Shown: piece by piece, positions 1-10,220 of the stretch
How the letters are laid out: each line of letters begins with the position of its first letter
Numbering within the stretch: position 1 is the stretch's first letter
NCBI GenBank assembly: GCA_964470965.1
Contig: CAYYIS010000001.1
Location: 11,990-75,989, forward strand
Source of the DNA: an uncultured Gemmatimonadota bacterium
GTDB lineage: Bacteria > JAAXHH01 > JABIQT01
DNA: 64,000 bases
Direction of reading: 5' to 3'
Made by a program: the position numbers and the translations under genes
The notes under the pieces: generated by a model
What the model was told of the DNA's origin: nothing
The model's input: the letters and a program-made list of their open reading frames with translations, nothing else
Databases searched by the model: none

Positions 1-2
1 AC

Positions 3-821
3 ACCGGTGAAGTACTGGCCAATTTCGGTGGTGGCATCATGGTAACTCCTCACGGGATTCATGTGGACGCTGAAGGCAACGTGTGGGTAACGGACTTCGC
101 AGGGAACGCTGACGGAACCAAAGGGCATCAGGTCCACAAGTTCGGTCCCGAAGGTGAGCTGCTGATGAGCCTCGGCACCGCAGGGCAAAAGGGCAGCGGA
201 CCGAATCAGTTTAACCAGCCCAACGACGTGATAACCGCACCGGACGGGAGCATCTTCGTTGCCGATGGTCACAACGGTCAGAGTATGACGACCTACCAGG
301 CGATGGAGGAAGGACGGGAGGCCGGGTACACCGCGCGCATCCTGAAGTTTTCGCCCGACGGAACTTTCATAAAAGAGTGGGGCCGGATTGGTTTGCAGCA
401 CGGTGAGTTCAGGACACCGCACGCGCTGGCTTTCGATTCCCAGGGACGTCTCTGGATAGCGGATCGGGGTAATCATCGTCTCGAGATCTTCGACCAGGAG
501 GGTAACTATCTCGAATCACGTTACATGTACGGACGTATCAGTGGGATTTTTATCAAAGATGACATGGTATACGCGATAGACTCCGAATCGGCCCCGACTA
601 ACCATCCGAACTGGCGGAACGGGGTCCGTATCGGACCGGTGGACGGGGACTACATCGTCGGGTTCATTCCGCCATTCGAACGTGAGAGCAGGCTCTATCA
701 GGGTACAGCGGGTGAGGGAGTGGCGGTCGATGCGGACGGTAACGTGTACGCTGCGGAAGGGCCGAATTCACTGGCCCAAGCCGGAGGCGCGTTTACCAGG
801 TATTCGGTAGCAAAGCAGTAG
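3..821 (+). CDS. NHL-repeat beta-propeller protein (peptidyl-alpha-hydroxyglycine alpha-amidating lyase-like), 5'-truncated by the window edge
   Basis: Frame is open from nt 3. Repeated NHL motifs PHGIHVDAEGNVWVTD, FNQPNDVITAPDGSIFVADG and FRTPHALAFDSQGRLWIADRGNHR. Confidence 0.85.
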   Translation, partial: TGEVLANFGGGIMVTPHGIHVDAEGNVWVTDFAGNADGTKGHQVHKFGPEGELLMSLGTAGQKGSGPNQFNQPNDVITAPDGSIFVADGHNGQSMTTYQAMEEGREAGYTARILKFSPDGTFIKEWGRIGLQHGEFRTPHALAFDSQGRLWIADRGNHRLEIFDQEGNYLESRYMYGRISGIFIKDDMVYAIDSESAPTNHPNWRNGVRIGPVDGDYIVGFIPPFERESRLYQGTAGEGVAVDADGNVYAAEGPNSLAQAGGAFTRYSVAKQ

Positions 822-867
822 CGAAAACAGGTGCACATTCAAACAATTTGAAGAAAGGTACTCGTCA

Positions 868-1911
868 ATGACGGCCTTTACGTCAACGTATTTAGAACAG
901 TTAACCACACAAATTTTCCAAGCAGCCTCCGTTCCTTCCGACGAGGCTGCACTTATCGCCCGGGAGTTGGTCTATGCCAATCTGCTGGGTATGGATTCCC
1001 ATGGCGTTATCCGTATCCCCCAATATATGGAATACATTGACAACGCCGAGATCGTCCCGGGTGCCCCGACGACCGTAAAAAAGGAAACGCCGACCACGGC
1101 GATCGTAGACGGCGGCGATAATTTCGGCCAGGTGGTGGCGTTTCGTGCGTTGGACCTGGCGGTGAAAAAGGCGCGCGAACAGAACATCAGTTGCGTGCTT
1201 GCACAGCGCTGTAACCACGTGGGCAGGCTGGGCTCCTACCCGCAGAGAGCAGCCGACCAGGAGATGATCGCACTGGCACTGGCTACCTGGCCATCGTACG
1301 GTCACCATGTGGCGCCCTTCGGCGCCAGGGAAGGACGCCTGTCCACGAATCCTATCGCCTATGGAGCACCCACCGGTGGTGATCCCCTCCTCTCCGATTT
1401 TGCTACCAGTGTCCTCTCCGAGGGTAGAATCCGGGTGGCGCTGCATTCGGACCAACCGCTTCCGGAGAATACCATCGTCGATGCGCAGGGCAAGGCCACA
1501 TGCGATCCCGCCGGCTTCTACGGTCCGCCAGGCGGTGCTATCCTGCCGTTCGGCGGTCCTGTCGGGTACAAAGGGTATGCGCTCAGCCTGCTCGTTGAAA
1601 TCCTGGGCGGTACGCTGGCGGGCAGCGTCGTCGATGATCCCGGTCGTCTCGGGAACGGTCTCTGCCTGATCGTGATTAACCCGGCAGCGTTTACGCCTCT
1701 AGGGGATTTCAAGCAATTGATGGAGGGGGTAGGCGCCTACATGAAATCAGCGGCCCCGGCCGAGGGCTTCGAAGAGGTCATGCTGCCGGGTGAGAAGGAA
1801 TTTCAGACGGTGGCCCGGAGAAAGGCGGAAGGCATTCCTTTAGCGAATACGACCTGGGAACAGATTTCGGAGGTTGCAGAGAGACTGGGCGTACCGACAA
1901 AAAAGGAGTAG
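868..1911 (+). CDS. Ldh_2 family (malate/L-lactate/ureidoglycolate/sulfolactate) dehydrogenase
   Basis: Motifs GMDSHGVIR, NHVGRLGSY, LSTNPIA, GYKGYAL and LPGE; upstream AAGG. Confidence 0.9.
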   Translation: MTAFTSTYLEQLTTQIFQAASVPSDEAALIARELVYANLLGMDSHGVIRIPQYMEYIDNAEIVPGAPTTVKKETPTTAIVDGGDNFGQVVAFRALDLAVKKAREQNISCVLAQRCNHVGRLGSYPQRAADQEMIALALATWPSYGHHVAPFGAREGRLSTNPIAYGAPTGGDPLLSDFATSVLSEGRIRVALHSDQPLPENTIVDAQGKATCDPAGFYGPPGGAILPFGGPVGYKGYALSLLVEILGGTLAGSVVDDPGRLGNGLCLIVINPAAFTPLGDFKQLMEGVGAYMKSAAPAEGFEEVMLPGEKEFQTVARRKAEGIPLANTTWEQISEVAERLGVPTKKE

Positions 1912-2029
1912 ACGGGACCAACCGCCTTGTCAAAAACGGTGGTGGGAGCGATGCCGACCCGAACGAAACGGTAGACAAAATTGAGATAGCCTACCCTGTA
2001 CACGATACGCCGATGAACGATCCGTTTAT

Positions 2030-3724
2030 TTAATCCAGTCCCACGATCCGCCCCTTGTCATCCAGATCGATTCGCATGGCGGCTGGGCTGGAAGGCAGGC
2101 CGGGCATCGTCATGATTTCACCGCAGAGCGGATACAGGAAACCGGCACCGGCGGACAGGCGAATGTCGAGGACCGGCAGCTCATAGCCGGTAGGGCTACC
2201 CTTGAGGGCAGGATTATGAGATAGCGAGTACTGTGTTTTTGCCATACAGACCGGTAGGTGTTCAAATCCGAGCTTCCGGTAGCGTCTGATTTTCCGTCGG
2301 GCCGCGGATTCGTAAATGACCGACTCTGCCCCGTACACTTTTTTGGCGATCGTTTCGATCTTTTCTTCTATCGAGATGTCCAGGGGATACAGGAACCGGA
2401 ATGCTCCTGGCTGCTCCGCTGCGCGTACCACTGCCTCCGCCAGCGCCCTGCCGCCTTCACCACCTTGCGCCCACACCTCACTGATGGCGATGTCCGCGGC
2501 GCCTGCCTCGCGGGCGATACGGGTTACTTCCTCGATTTCACGGTCCGTATCCGTCCCGAAACGGTTGATAGCCACAACGACCGGTATACCGAACAGGCGT
2601 GCGTTTTCGAGCTGTTTGATCAGGTTTCGGCTGCCCGTCTGCAAAGCTTCTATGTTTTCTTCGAAGAGGGCCGGATCAAGCGGTTTTCCGGGGATAATTT
2701 TGAATTTACCGCTATGCGCTTTCAACGACCGGACGGTACATACCATGACCGCCGCATCCGGTATAAGTCCGCTTGCTCGGCATTTGATGTCACAGAATTT
2801 CTCCAGCCCCAGGTCTGCGCCGAACCCTGCCTCGGTTACCACATATTCGTTGGTGGTGAGTGCCAGTCGGTCCGCCAGGATGGAGCTGCACCCATGGGCG
2901 ATGTTGCCGAACGGTCCTGCATGCACGAGCGCCGGTCCTGCTTCTAGCGTCTGGATCAGATTGGGTTTGATCGCGTCCTTGAGCAGCACAGCCATTGCGC
3001 CGCCGGCATGCAGGTCATTTGCTGTGATCGTTTTATTGTTGAAGGTATAACCGACGATCACACGCGCCAGGCGTTCTCTCAGGTCTTTCAGGTCTGTGGT
3101 CAAGGCAAGGACCGCCATCACTTCCGAAGCGGCGGTGATGTCGAACGAAGCCTCCCTCGCGGGCCCGGTCGTTTTGCCGCCCAGGCCGATGACCGTATGC
3201 CGAAGAGGGCGGTCCAGTACGTCCAGGACCCGGTTCCAGGTTATGCTGGACGGGTCCAGGTCCAGCTTATTGCCGTGCATCATATGGCCGTCGGTCATGG
3301 CCGCTAGAAGGTTGTGCGCCAGAGACACTGCATGAAAGTCGCCCGTAAAGTGCAGGTTAAGATCTTCCATGGGCACAACCTGGGCGTACCCGCCACCCGC
3401 GGCTCCGCCCTTGATGCCGAAAACCGGTCCCAGTGAAGGCTGCCGAATCGTAGGCATCGCCCTTTTTCCGATAGTCTGTAATCCCTGAGCCAGCCCGACA
3501 GTGGTGACCGTCTTCCCTTCTCCCAAAGGCGTCGGTGTCATGGCCGTTACGACGATATATTTGCCTTTGGGCCGATCTTCAAGGCGTGTAATGGCCTCCA
3601 GAGACACCTTTGCCTTGTATTGTCCGTACAGTTCCAGTTCGTCCTGTAACAGTCCCAGATCGTCCGCGATGTCCGCGATCGGCCGTAGGTGCGCTTGCTG
3701 TGCAATATCAAGATCTGATGGCAT
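2030..3724 (-). CDS. fhs: Formate--tetrahydrofolate ligase
   Basis: Motifs TPTPLGEGKT, GIKGGAAGGGYAQV, HAGPFGNIAHG, VTEAGFGADLG and MTMPGLP; 564 aa. Confidence 0.97.
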   Translation of the reverse strand: MPSDLDIAQQAHLRPIADIADDLGLLQDELELYGQYKAKVSLEAITRLEDRPKGKYIVVTAMTPTPLGEGKTVTTVGLAQGLQTIGKRAMPTIRQPSLGPVFGIKGGAAGGGYAQVVPMEDLNLHFTGDFHAVSLAHNLLAAMTDGHMMHGNKLDLDPSSITWNRVLDVLDRPLRHTVIGLGGKTTGPAREASFDITAASEVMAVLALTTDLKDLRERLARVIVGYTFNNKTITANDLHAGGAMAVLLKDAIKPNLIQTLEAGPALVHAGPFGNIAHGCSSILADRLALTTNEYVVTEAGFGADLGLEKFCDIKCRASGLIPDAAVMVCTVRSLKAHSGKFKIIPGKPLDPALFEENIEALQTGSRNLIKQLENARLFGIPVVVAINRFGTDTDREIEEVTRIAREAGAADIAISEVWAQGGEGGRALAEAVVRAAEQPGAFRFLYPLDISIEEKIETIAKKVYGAESVIYESAARRKIRRYRKLGFEHLPVCMAKTQYSLSHNPALKGSPTGYELPVLDIRLSAGAGFLYPLCGEIMTMPGLPSSPAAMRIDLDDKGRIVGLD

Positions 3725-3773
3725 AAATGTTATATGGTCCCTTAAGCGTTATAAAAGTTTCATTATGTACCAT

Positions 3774-3802
3774 ATAATAAACAGGCAGGAAGGTTGTGAC
3801 AA
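3774..3802 (-). promoter_or_regulatory. Putative sigma70 promoter of fhs
   Basis: Minus strand TTGTCA-17 nt-TATTAT, about 50 nt upstream of the fhs ATG. Confidence 0.5.
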
Positions 3803-4675
3803 TTAATTTCTCGAACTGAACCGGATACCGACTGTTTTCCATGCCTTTACCGTACGTCCCTGGAAAGTAGCGGGGTTGAACGAGGAGTCATACAAGGCTT
3901 TGAGAGCGATAGCGTCAAGTTCAGTATAGCCCGTAGATTCGGTGATATTGGCATCGACTACCTCGCCGAATTCGTTGATCAGTACGCGGAACCGGACCCA
4001 GTCGGATTCCACTTTTTTATACTTCTTCGGCTTGTTCGGCATTCGAATACGCCGGAAGCTGGGAGGCGTGTCGTAACGCCATGCGCCGGGCAACCCGTCC
4101 CCACCGCCCCCGCCGCCGGCGCCGATGCCGCCGCCAATGCCACCGTCGCCCTGGGCGTCGCCCCCGGCGTCGGTGAGGCCCGATTGATCCAGGGAATCCG
4201 CTTCAGCAGCTTCCGCCAGCGCCAGATCCTTCTCCATCTCTTCCTGATTCGCGATTGTCATTTCTTCCTCGATCATGATATCGTCCACAGGCACAGGAAT
4301 ACCCACTTTTACGGGTATTGGTGTACCTCTGCTAAGAATATCCTCCCCCGGGTCCGGCGGAGGATCCCCGCCTGTTTTCTGAGCTCCACCCGCGCCCCCG
4401 CTCTGGTCAGATGTAATGAGCTCCGAGATATCGATCAGATCCATGGCTTTAGGATAAGGCCGCAGCGTCATCCGCACCTCATCGCCCCATGCGATCATCC
4501 CGAAGACAATGTAGCCGCCGATTATGGAGAAATGGATCAATGCTGCGAGCCAGGCGCCGGTACACAGTACCCTACGTGAATACCGTTTTAAGGGATGGGG
4601 CACCAGGTCGAAGAGATCCAGCTGTTCAAACAGCTTGATGAGAGGCTGGACGGTTTTTTGGAAGAAGACATGCAT
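3803..4675 (-). CDS. tonB: TonB-family energy transducer protein
   Basis: N-terminal TM helix with His (ALIHF), acidic and Gly-rich linker, C-terminal TonB_C domain (VLINEFGEV, STGYTELD, FNPATFQG). Confidence 0.8.
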   Translation of the reverse strand: MHVFFQKTVQPLIKLFEQLDLFDLVPHPLKRYSRRVLCTGAWLAALIHFSIIGGYIVFGMIAWGDEVRMTLRPYPKAMDLIDISELITSDQSGGAGGAQKTGGDPPPDPGEDILSRGTPIPVKVGIPVPVDDIMIEEEMTIANQEEMEKDLALAEAAEADSLDQSGLTDAGGDAQGDGGIGGGIGAGGGGGGDGLPGAWRYDTPPSFRRIRMPNKPKKYKKVESDWVRFRVLINEFGEVVDANITESTGYTELDAIALKALYDSSFNPATFQGRTVKAWKTVGIRFSSRN

Positions 4676-4691
4676 ATTTTAAGTAGCTGGA

Positions 4692-5417
4692 TTAATTGGC
4701 ATCTAACTGAAACAGAACCGGAACGCTGAACCACATGGCCAGCGGTCTGCCATCCCGTTGTGCCGGGATAAAACGCCATTGCTTCGCCGCGGTGATGGCG
4801 GCTTCGTCACACCCGGTGTTGCCCAGGGATTTGACGACTTTCGTGTCTGTGACATAACCAGATTCATCGATGAAAACAGATAAAATGACCACGCCTTCAA
4901 CACCGGTTATTTTTGCGATACGGGGATATTCAGGCTCTACGCGTTTGAGCCATCGCGGTTTTGCATCTACCCGGTCGCCGCCATCCTCCTTCTCCGCTGG
5001 CATGCCGGATTCCCCTTTGCCGCCTGTGGCGCTGCCCCTTTTACCAGGCCCTCCCATAGCGGTTGTCGCCGCTATTATCTGGATCTCATGTTCCGGGGCC
5101 GGATCCGTATCGGCCATCAGGCTGTCGACAGCCATCCAGTCCGGTACAGGAAATATCTCGCTCAACGGCCGCGGCGGTTCTTCCGTCGTCGGTTTTTGCT
5201 CCGGCGGAAGCAGAAACGGCGCACTCTCAGGTACGTTATCGGGCATGTCCAGGTTCATGATGTCCGTGTAAGGTAACAGACGCACCGGCAGTTGGTTCCC
5301 TACAGTTTGGAACGTGGCCCAACGTAAAACAGCGGAGGCCAGTGCGATGTGAAACACGAACGCAGAGGCAATGGCGATCGAAAAATAACGCTGGTAAATC
5401 TGGCTTAATTCATGCAT
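4692..5417 (-). CDS. tonB: TonB-family energy transducer protein
   Basis: TM helix with SxxxH (SAFVFH), Pro-rich linker, TonB_C domain (PEYP, GVEGVV, DEAAITAAKQWRFIPA). Confidence 0.9.
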   Translation of the reverse strand: MHELSQIYQRYFSIAIASAFVFHIALASAVLRWATFQTVGNQLPVRLLPYTDIMNLDMPDNVPESAPFLLPPEQKPTTEEPPRPLSEIFPVPDWMAVDSLMADTDPAPEHEIQIIAATTAMGGPGKRGSATGGKGESGMPAEKEDGGDRVDAKPRWLKRVEPEYPRIAKITGVEGVVILSVFIDESGYVTDTKVVKSLGNTGCDEAAITAAKQWRFIPAQRDGRPLAMWFSVPVLFQLDAN

Positions 5418-5622
5418 AATAGGACTATGTACGTGACCTGTGCCGAAATCATACCTTGCACTCTGTCAGAATTAAACAACCTGCGCCTGGACATGGTGTC
5501 AAGGTGTTTATATCTTTGAAGATACACTCCTATATTATGGGAGAACGCTTGACAACGCGAATAGGTTCTCGGTATTCATCAGTACAGACCCGATGAGTCG
5601 TGATCATGTGTGGGCGTAAATC

Positions 5623-6597
5623 ATGTTGAAGTTATTTTCCGGCATCCGAAGTGCGGCACAACGTATTCACCCGTATGTGCTCGAGACACCGGTTATTCCG
5701 GCGCTGCATCTGAGCCGGGAAACCGGCGCGCAGGTATACCTGAAGATGGAGAGCGAGCAGTATACCAATTCTTTCAAAATCCGGGGCGCGGTCAACAAAC
5801 TGCTGTCACTTAATACCCAGGCGCATTCATCCCATGAAGATACCGGCCTCAGCGTAGTGACGGCATCCACCGGCAACCACGCTCAGGGCGTAGCCCGGGC
5901 ACTGGGGATGACCGGTATCAAGGGCACCATTTTTCTCCCGGAAAACCCAGAGCCATCCAAGGTGGCGGCATTAAAACATTATGATGTGGATCTGGAGCGG
6001 TACGGAAAAGATTCACTGGAGACCGAACTCCATGCCAAACAGGTCGCGGAAGAACGCGGCGCAGTCTGGATATCGCCCTATAACGATCCCGATATTATCG
6101 CCGGCCAGGGAACAATCGGTCTCGAACTCAAAGAGCAGCTTAACACGATAGACGACGTGCTGGTTACGGTGGGCGGCGGTGGACTCATTTCTGGAATCGC
6201 CACATGTCTATCCTGTATTTCGCCTCAGACCAGGATAATCGGCTGCCAGCCGGAAAATGCCCCGGATATGTTTCGGTGCGTTGAGGCTGGAGAGATCATA
6301 TCGATAAAACAGCGGGATACTTTGTCCGACGGTTCCGCCGGTGGCGTGGAACCCGGCGCGATCACCTTTCCCATTTGCAGCGCTTTGGTCAATGAATACG
6401 TTTTGGTCTCCGAAGATGAGATAAGATGCGCCATGCGGCTTATCATAGACCACCATCACAAAATTATCGAAGGCGCCGCCGCCGTAGCCGTAGCGGCCTT
6501 CCTGAAACGACAGGAACAATTCCGCGGCAGAACGGTCGTCATCATCATCTGCGGTGGAAACATCTCATCTGAGAAACTGAAAGCAGTGTTAGCCTGA
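5623..6597 (+). CDS. Threonine/serine dehydratase (PLP fold type II, no ACT domain)
   Basis: SFKIRGA (PLP Lys), ASTGNHA, VGGGGL and ICGGN. Confidence 0.9.
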   Translation: MLKLFSGIRSAAQRIHPYVLETPVIPALHLSRETGAQVYLKMESEQYTNSFKIRGAVNKLLSLNTQAHSSHEDTGLSVVTASTGNHAQGVARALGMTGIKGTIFLPENPEPSKVAALKHYDVDLERYGKDSLETELHAKQVAEERGAVWISPYNDPDIIAGQGTIGLELKEQLNTIDDVLVTVGGGGLISGIATCLSCISPQTRIIGCQPENAPDMFRCVEAGEIISIKQRDTLSDGSAGGVEPGAITFPICSALVNEYVLVSEDEIRCAMRLIIDHHHKIIEGAAAVAVAAFLKRQEQFRGRTVVIIICGGNISSEKLKAVLA

Positions 6598-6678
6598 CCT
6601 CCGGTCCCATCCCTTAAGAATTTGGATGGTACACATTGCCATCGCGAGAGACTAGGAAAGAGCAGGTAGAATTCCAAA

Positions 6679-8295
6679 ATGCCTGAGACTGGCGCGCACC
6701 TCGTGATCGACGCCCTGATGGCTGCAGGTGTCAGACAGCTGTTCTCCCTGTCCGGCAATCAAGTTCTGGCGTTGTACGACGCGACCATCGGGCGGAATAT
6801 CGAGATCATTCATGTCCGACAAGAAGCAGCTGCCGTGTACATGGCGGACGGATGGGCCCGGCTTACCGGGCAGCCTGGCGTGGCTTTGCTGACCGCCGGA
6901 CCGGGACATTGCAACGCCCAGGCAGCGGTATACGTGGCGCAGATGTCGGAGTCGCCTGTGGTTCTGTTGAGTGGGCACTGCCCTGCGTCTCAGATCGGCA
7001 CGGGCGCGTTTCAGGAGATGGACCAGGTGGCGGTAACAACACCAGTGGCCAAGGCGGCCTGGCTGGTGGATCACCCCGATCGGATCGCCGCCGATGTAGG
7101 CAGAGCCCTGGAAATTGCCTGTGAAGGTCGCCCCGGCCCGGTTCACCTCAGCCTTCCGGCGGATGTGTTGGAGGGGGGGGCTGTAGCACAGACAAGAGAA
7201 TCTGAATCCATTAAGCAAGCAGCACCTCTGTCCGATGATGCAGTGAAATCCGTCCTGGAGAGACTCGGCGCGGCCGCACACCCTCTGATTCTTGCAGGCC
7301 CTTCCATGGGGCGGTCGCAACGATGGGAGAATGTGGTCCGCCTGTCCGAGGTTACAGGTATTCCGGCATTGCCTATGGAAAGCCCGCGCGGGTTGAACGA
7401 TCCCTGGCTACACGACGCGGTCAATTGCCTGCCGGAAGCGGACCTGGTTCTCCTGGTGGGTAAGAAGCTTGATTTCACATTGAAATTCGGCCAGGAGCCG
7501 TTTTTTAGAGAAACCTGCCGGTTTATTCAGATCGATGCGGATGAGCAGGTCTCCGGGACCGACTCTCGTGTGGAACACCGATATTGCGCCGACCCGTCGC
7601 ATGCCGTAAAGCGGCTTGCAGATTCGGCACAGGCGAAAGCATGGGTGTTTTCCGAATGGATTGAGACTGTCGCCACCGCCCGTCAGCGTGTTCCGGCAGG
7701 ATGGAATACTTTACGACGGCAGGGCGGGCGCGTGCATCCACTGGCTGTATGTGCGGCGTTACAGCCCTGGCTGGATGAGGGTGGAATTCTCATCAGTGAC
7801 GGTGGTGAATTTGGTCAATGGGTGCAGGCGGGGCTGGAGGCCGACATCCGCTTGATTAACGGTCCGAGCGGCGCCATCGGTAATGCCCTCCCCATGGGGA
7901 TCGCTGCGAAGCGGGCGCATCCGGATCGCCCGGTGTTCGTCCTGACCGGCGATGGAGCCTTCGGCTTTCACGCCTTGGAACTGGACACCGCGCTCCGCTA
8001 CCACCTGCCGGTCGTCGTAATCATCGGCAACGATGCCACCTGGAACGCCGAACATCAGCTTCAGATACAGCAATACGGTCCCGATCGTACCATAGGGTGT
8101 GATCTGCTGCCCACACGCTACGATACCCTGGCTGTGGCTCTTGGCGGTCATGGCGAACAGGTCCATCATCCGGACGATCTGCCAGCGGCTATCCAGCGCT
8201 CCATTGATTCCGGTCTTCCAGCCTGTATAAATGTGACCATCGAAGGTGCCGCAGCACCGACGTTTTTCAAGAGTAGACCTATGATTATAGAGTGA
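6679..8295 (+). CDS. Thiamine pyrophosphate-binding enzyme (acetolactate synthase/oxalyl-CoA decarboxylase-like)
   Basis: HVRQEAAAVYMADG, TAGPG, GRPGPV and the GDG...ND TPP-binding motif. Confidence 0.9.
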   Translation: MPETGAHLVIDALMAAGVRQLFSLSGNQVLALYDATIGRNIEIIHVRQEAAAVYMADGWARLTGQPGVALLTAGPGHCNAQAAVYVAQMSESPVVLLSGHCPASQIGTGAFQEMDQVAVTTPVAKAAWLVDHPDRIAADVGRALEIACEGRPGPVHLSLPADVLEGGAVAQTRESESIKQAAPLSDDAVKSVLERLGAAAHPLILAGPSMGRSQRWENVVRLSEVTGIPALPMESPRGLNDPWLHDAVNCLPEADLVLLVGKKLDFTLKFGQEPFFRETCRFIQIDADEQVSGTDSRVEHRYCADPSHAVKRLADSAQAKAWVFSEWIETVATARQRVPAGWNTLRRQGGRVHPLAVCAALQPWLDEGGILISDGGEFGQWVQAGLEADIRLINGPSGAIGNALPMGIAAKRAHPDRPVFVLTGDGAFGFHALELDTALRYHLPVVVIIGNDATWNAEHQLQIQQYGPDRTIGCDLLPTRYDTLAVALGGHGEQVHHPDDLPAAIQRSIDSGLPACINVTIEGAAAPTFFKSRPMIIE

Positions 8296-8483
8296 GACAT
8301 AGGCATTTTAATCAGCTGTCGTCCCTATTCGATCGGGCGTCTCAATGTATCCGATACACGGTACTTTGGTGACCTGATGGCGATCCCCGAATAAAGACTA
8401 TGGGCACGACGGTGGTTTAGGCCTTTATATCATCCTAAAACTTGAAGCCCAATTTCAATCTTCCATATCCAAAGAGGGAAATC

Positions 8484-9905
8484 TTGCCCACCAAAGGTCC
8501 CAACATCCTGTTTGTCATGTCTGATGACCATGCCTCGCATGCTATCAGCACGTATGGTAGTCGAATTAACACTACCCCGCATATCGATCGAATCGCCGAG
8601 GGAGGGATGCGGTTCAACAACTGTTTCTGTACCAACTCTATCTGCACTCCCAGTCGAGCCACCATTCTGACCGGTACATACAACCACATCAACGGTGTGA
8701 CCACGTTGGCGACTCATATGGATGGGCGACTGCTTACGTTTCCCAAATTGTTGCAGGGCCAAGGGTATCAGACCGCGGTCGTAGGCAAATGGCATCTCGG
8801 TCATGGAGGCGTCCATGATCCAACCGGCTTTGACTACTGGAACGTGCTGCCGGGACAGGGTCTGTACCACAATCCCGAGTTGATAGATGCCGGGGGTACG
8901 AAAATCTACGAAGGCTATGTGACTGATCTGATCACTGATATGTCTCTCGACTGGCTGCGCGATCGCGATCCAGACCGCCCGTTCTGCCTGTTGACGCACC
9001 ATAAGGCACCGCATCGCCACTGGGAGCCGGATGCGCAGCACGCTCGGATGTACGAGGATGAAGACATTCCCATTCCTCCCACGTTTGACGACGATTACGC
9101 CAACCGCGCTAGGGCCGCCACCGAAGCAAAGATGCGGATCGAGCGGGATCTCAACGATCAGGATTTGAAAGAGCCGGTGCCGGAGGGGCTTACGCCTGAA
9201 GAAGAAAAACGATGGAAATACCAGCGATACATCAAAGACTATCTCCGCTGTATCGCCTCAATAGACGATAACGTCGGTCGCCTGCTGGATTATCTGGATG
9301 AAGAGGGTATCGCGGACGACACGATTGTAATTTATACCTCCGACCAGGGATTCTTCCTGGGCGACCACGGCTGGTACGACAAACGTTTCATGTACGAGGA
9401 GTCGCTCCGCATGCCGTTCCTGATACGCTATCCCCGTGAAATCGAACCCGGTACGGTCAATGACGATATGATCCTAAACGTCGACTTTCCGTGTACCTTT
9501 TTAGATTTCGCCGGCATACCGATTCCGGACGAAATGCAGGGCTCGAGCTTCCGGCCGCTCCTGAACGGGGACCGGCCCGACGGCTGGCAGTCCAGCATGT
9601 ACTACCGCTACTGGATGCACGGTGCTCACCATAACGTGTATGCCCACTATGGCATTCGAACGCATCAGTACAAACTGATTTTTTACTACGGTGACGGCCT
9701 CGAGCAGCAGGGAACCACGGAAGATGTCCAGGATCCGGAATGGGAGCTTTTCGACCTCGAAAACGATCCTTGTGAATTGAATAATGTATTCCACGAACCC
9801 CGTTATTCGCAGGTGGTAAAGGGTCTCAGGGCCGAACTGCGCCAGCTCCAGAAAAAATTTGGCGATGAACCGTATTCGGGGGAAATAGAACTACCGATTC
9901 TGTGA
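8484..9905 (+). CDS. Formylglycine-dependent sulfatase (Cys type)
   Basis: PNILFVMSDDH, CTPSRATILTG and GKWHLG. TTG at 8484 follows GAGGG; the ORF track starts at 8442. Confidence 0.93.
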   Translation: MPTKGPNILFVMSDDHASHAISTYGSRINTTPHIDRIAEGGMRFNNCFCTNSICTPSRATILTGTYNHINGVTTLATHMDGRLLTFPKLLQGQGYQTAVVGKWHLGHGGVHDPTGFDYWNVLPGQGLYHNPELIDAGGTKIYEGYVTDLITDMSLDWLRDRDPDRPFCLLTHHKAPHRHWEPDAQHARMYEDEDIPIPPTFDDDYANRARAATEAKMRIERDLNDQDLKEPVPEGLTPEEEKRWKYQRYIKDYLRCIASIDDNVGRLLDYLDEEGIADDTIVIYTSDQGFFLGDHGWYDKRFMYEESLRMPFLIRYPREIEPGTVNDDMILNVDFPCTFLDFAGIPIPDEMQGSSFRPLLNGDRPDGWQSSMYYRYWMHGAHHNVYAHYGIRTHQYKLIFYYGDGLEQQGTTEDVQDPEWELFDLENDPCELNNVFHEPRYSQVVKGLRAELRQLQKKFGDEPYSGEIELPIL

Positions 9906-10220
9906 GCATGCGCGAGAGTGCGTGTAAGCGATATTGAGATCTTAACAACTGCGCGGCAGCCTTCCCGTTGGCTGACAACAAGAACGGCAAGCTGAAGAAG
10001 AGCACGCGGGTCAAGGAATTCGAAGAAGAAAGCAACCGGCCCAGTATGACGAATGAGAAGGAAGGCTGGGTGTTCCAAAGGTGTGTCAATCCTGTAGAAG
10101 TGCTTGTGCTGTTTGAACAAAAGGGCTATTATCACCATAGGATTCTGCGGTCTCACAGGTCTAATTTATTAACAACCACTACAATTCTATTCACCGAGCT
10201 CAAACGAAAGGAGCGATCCA

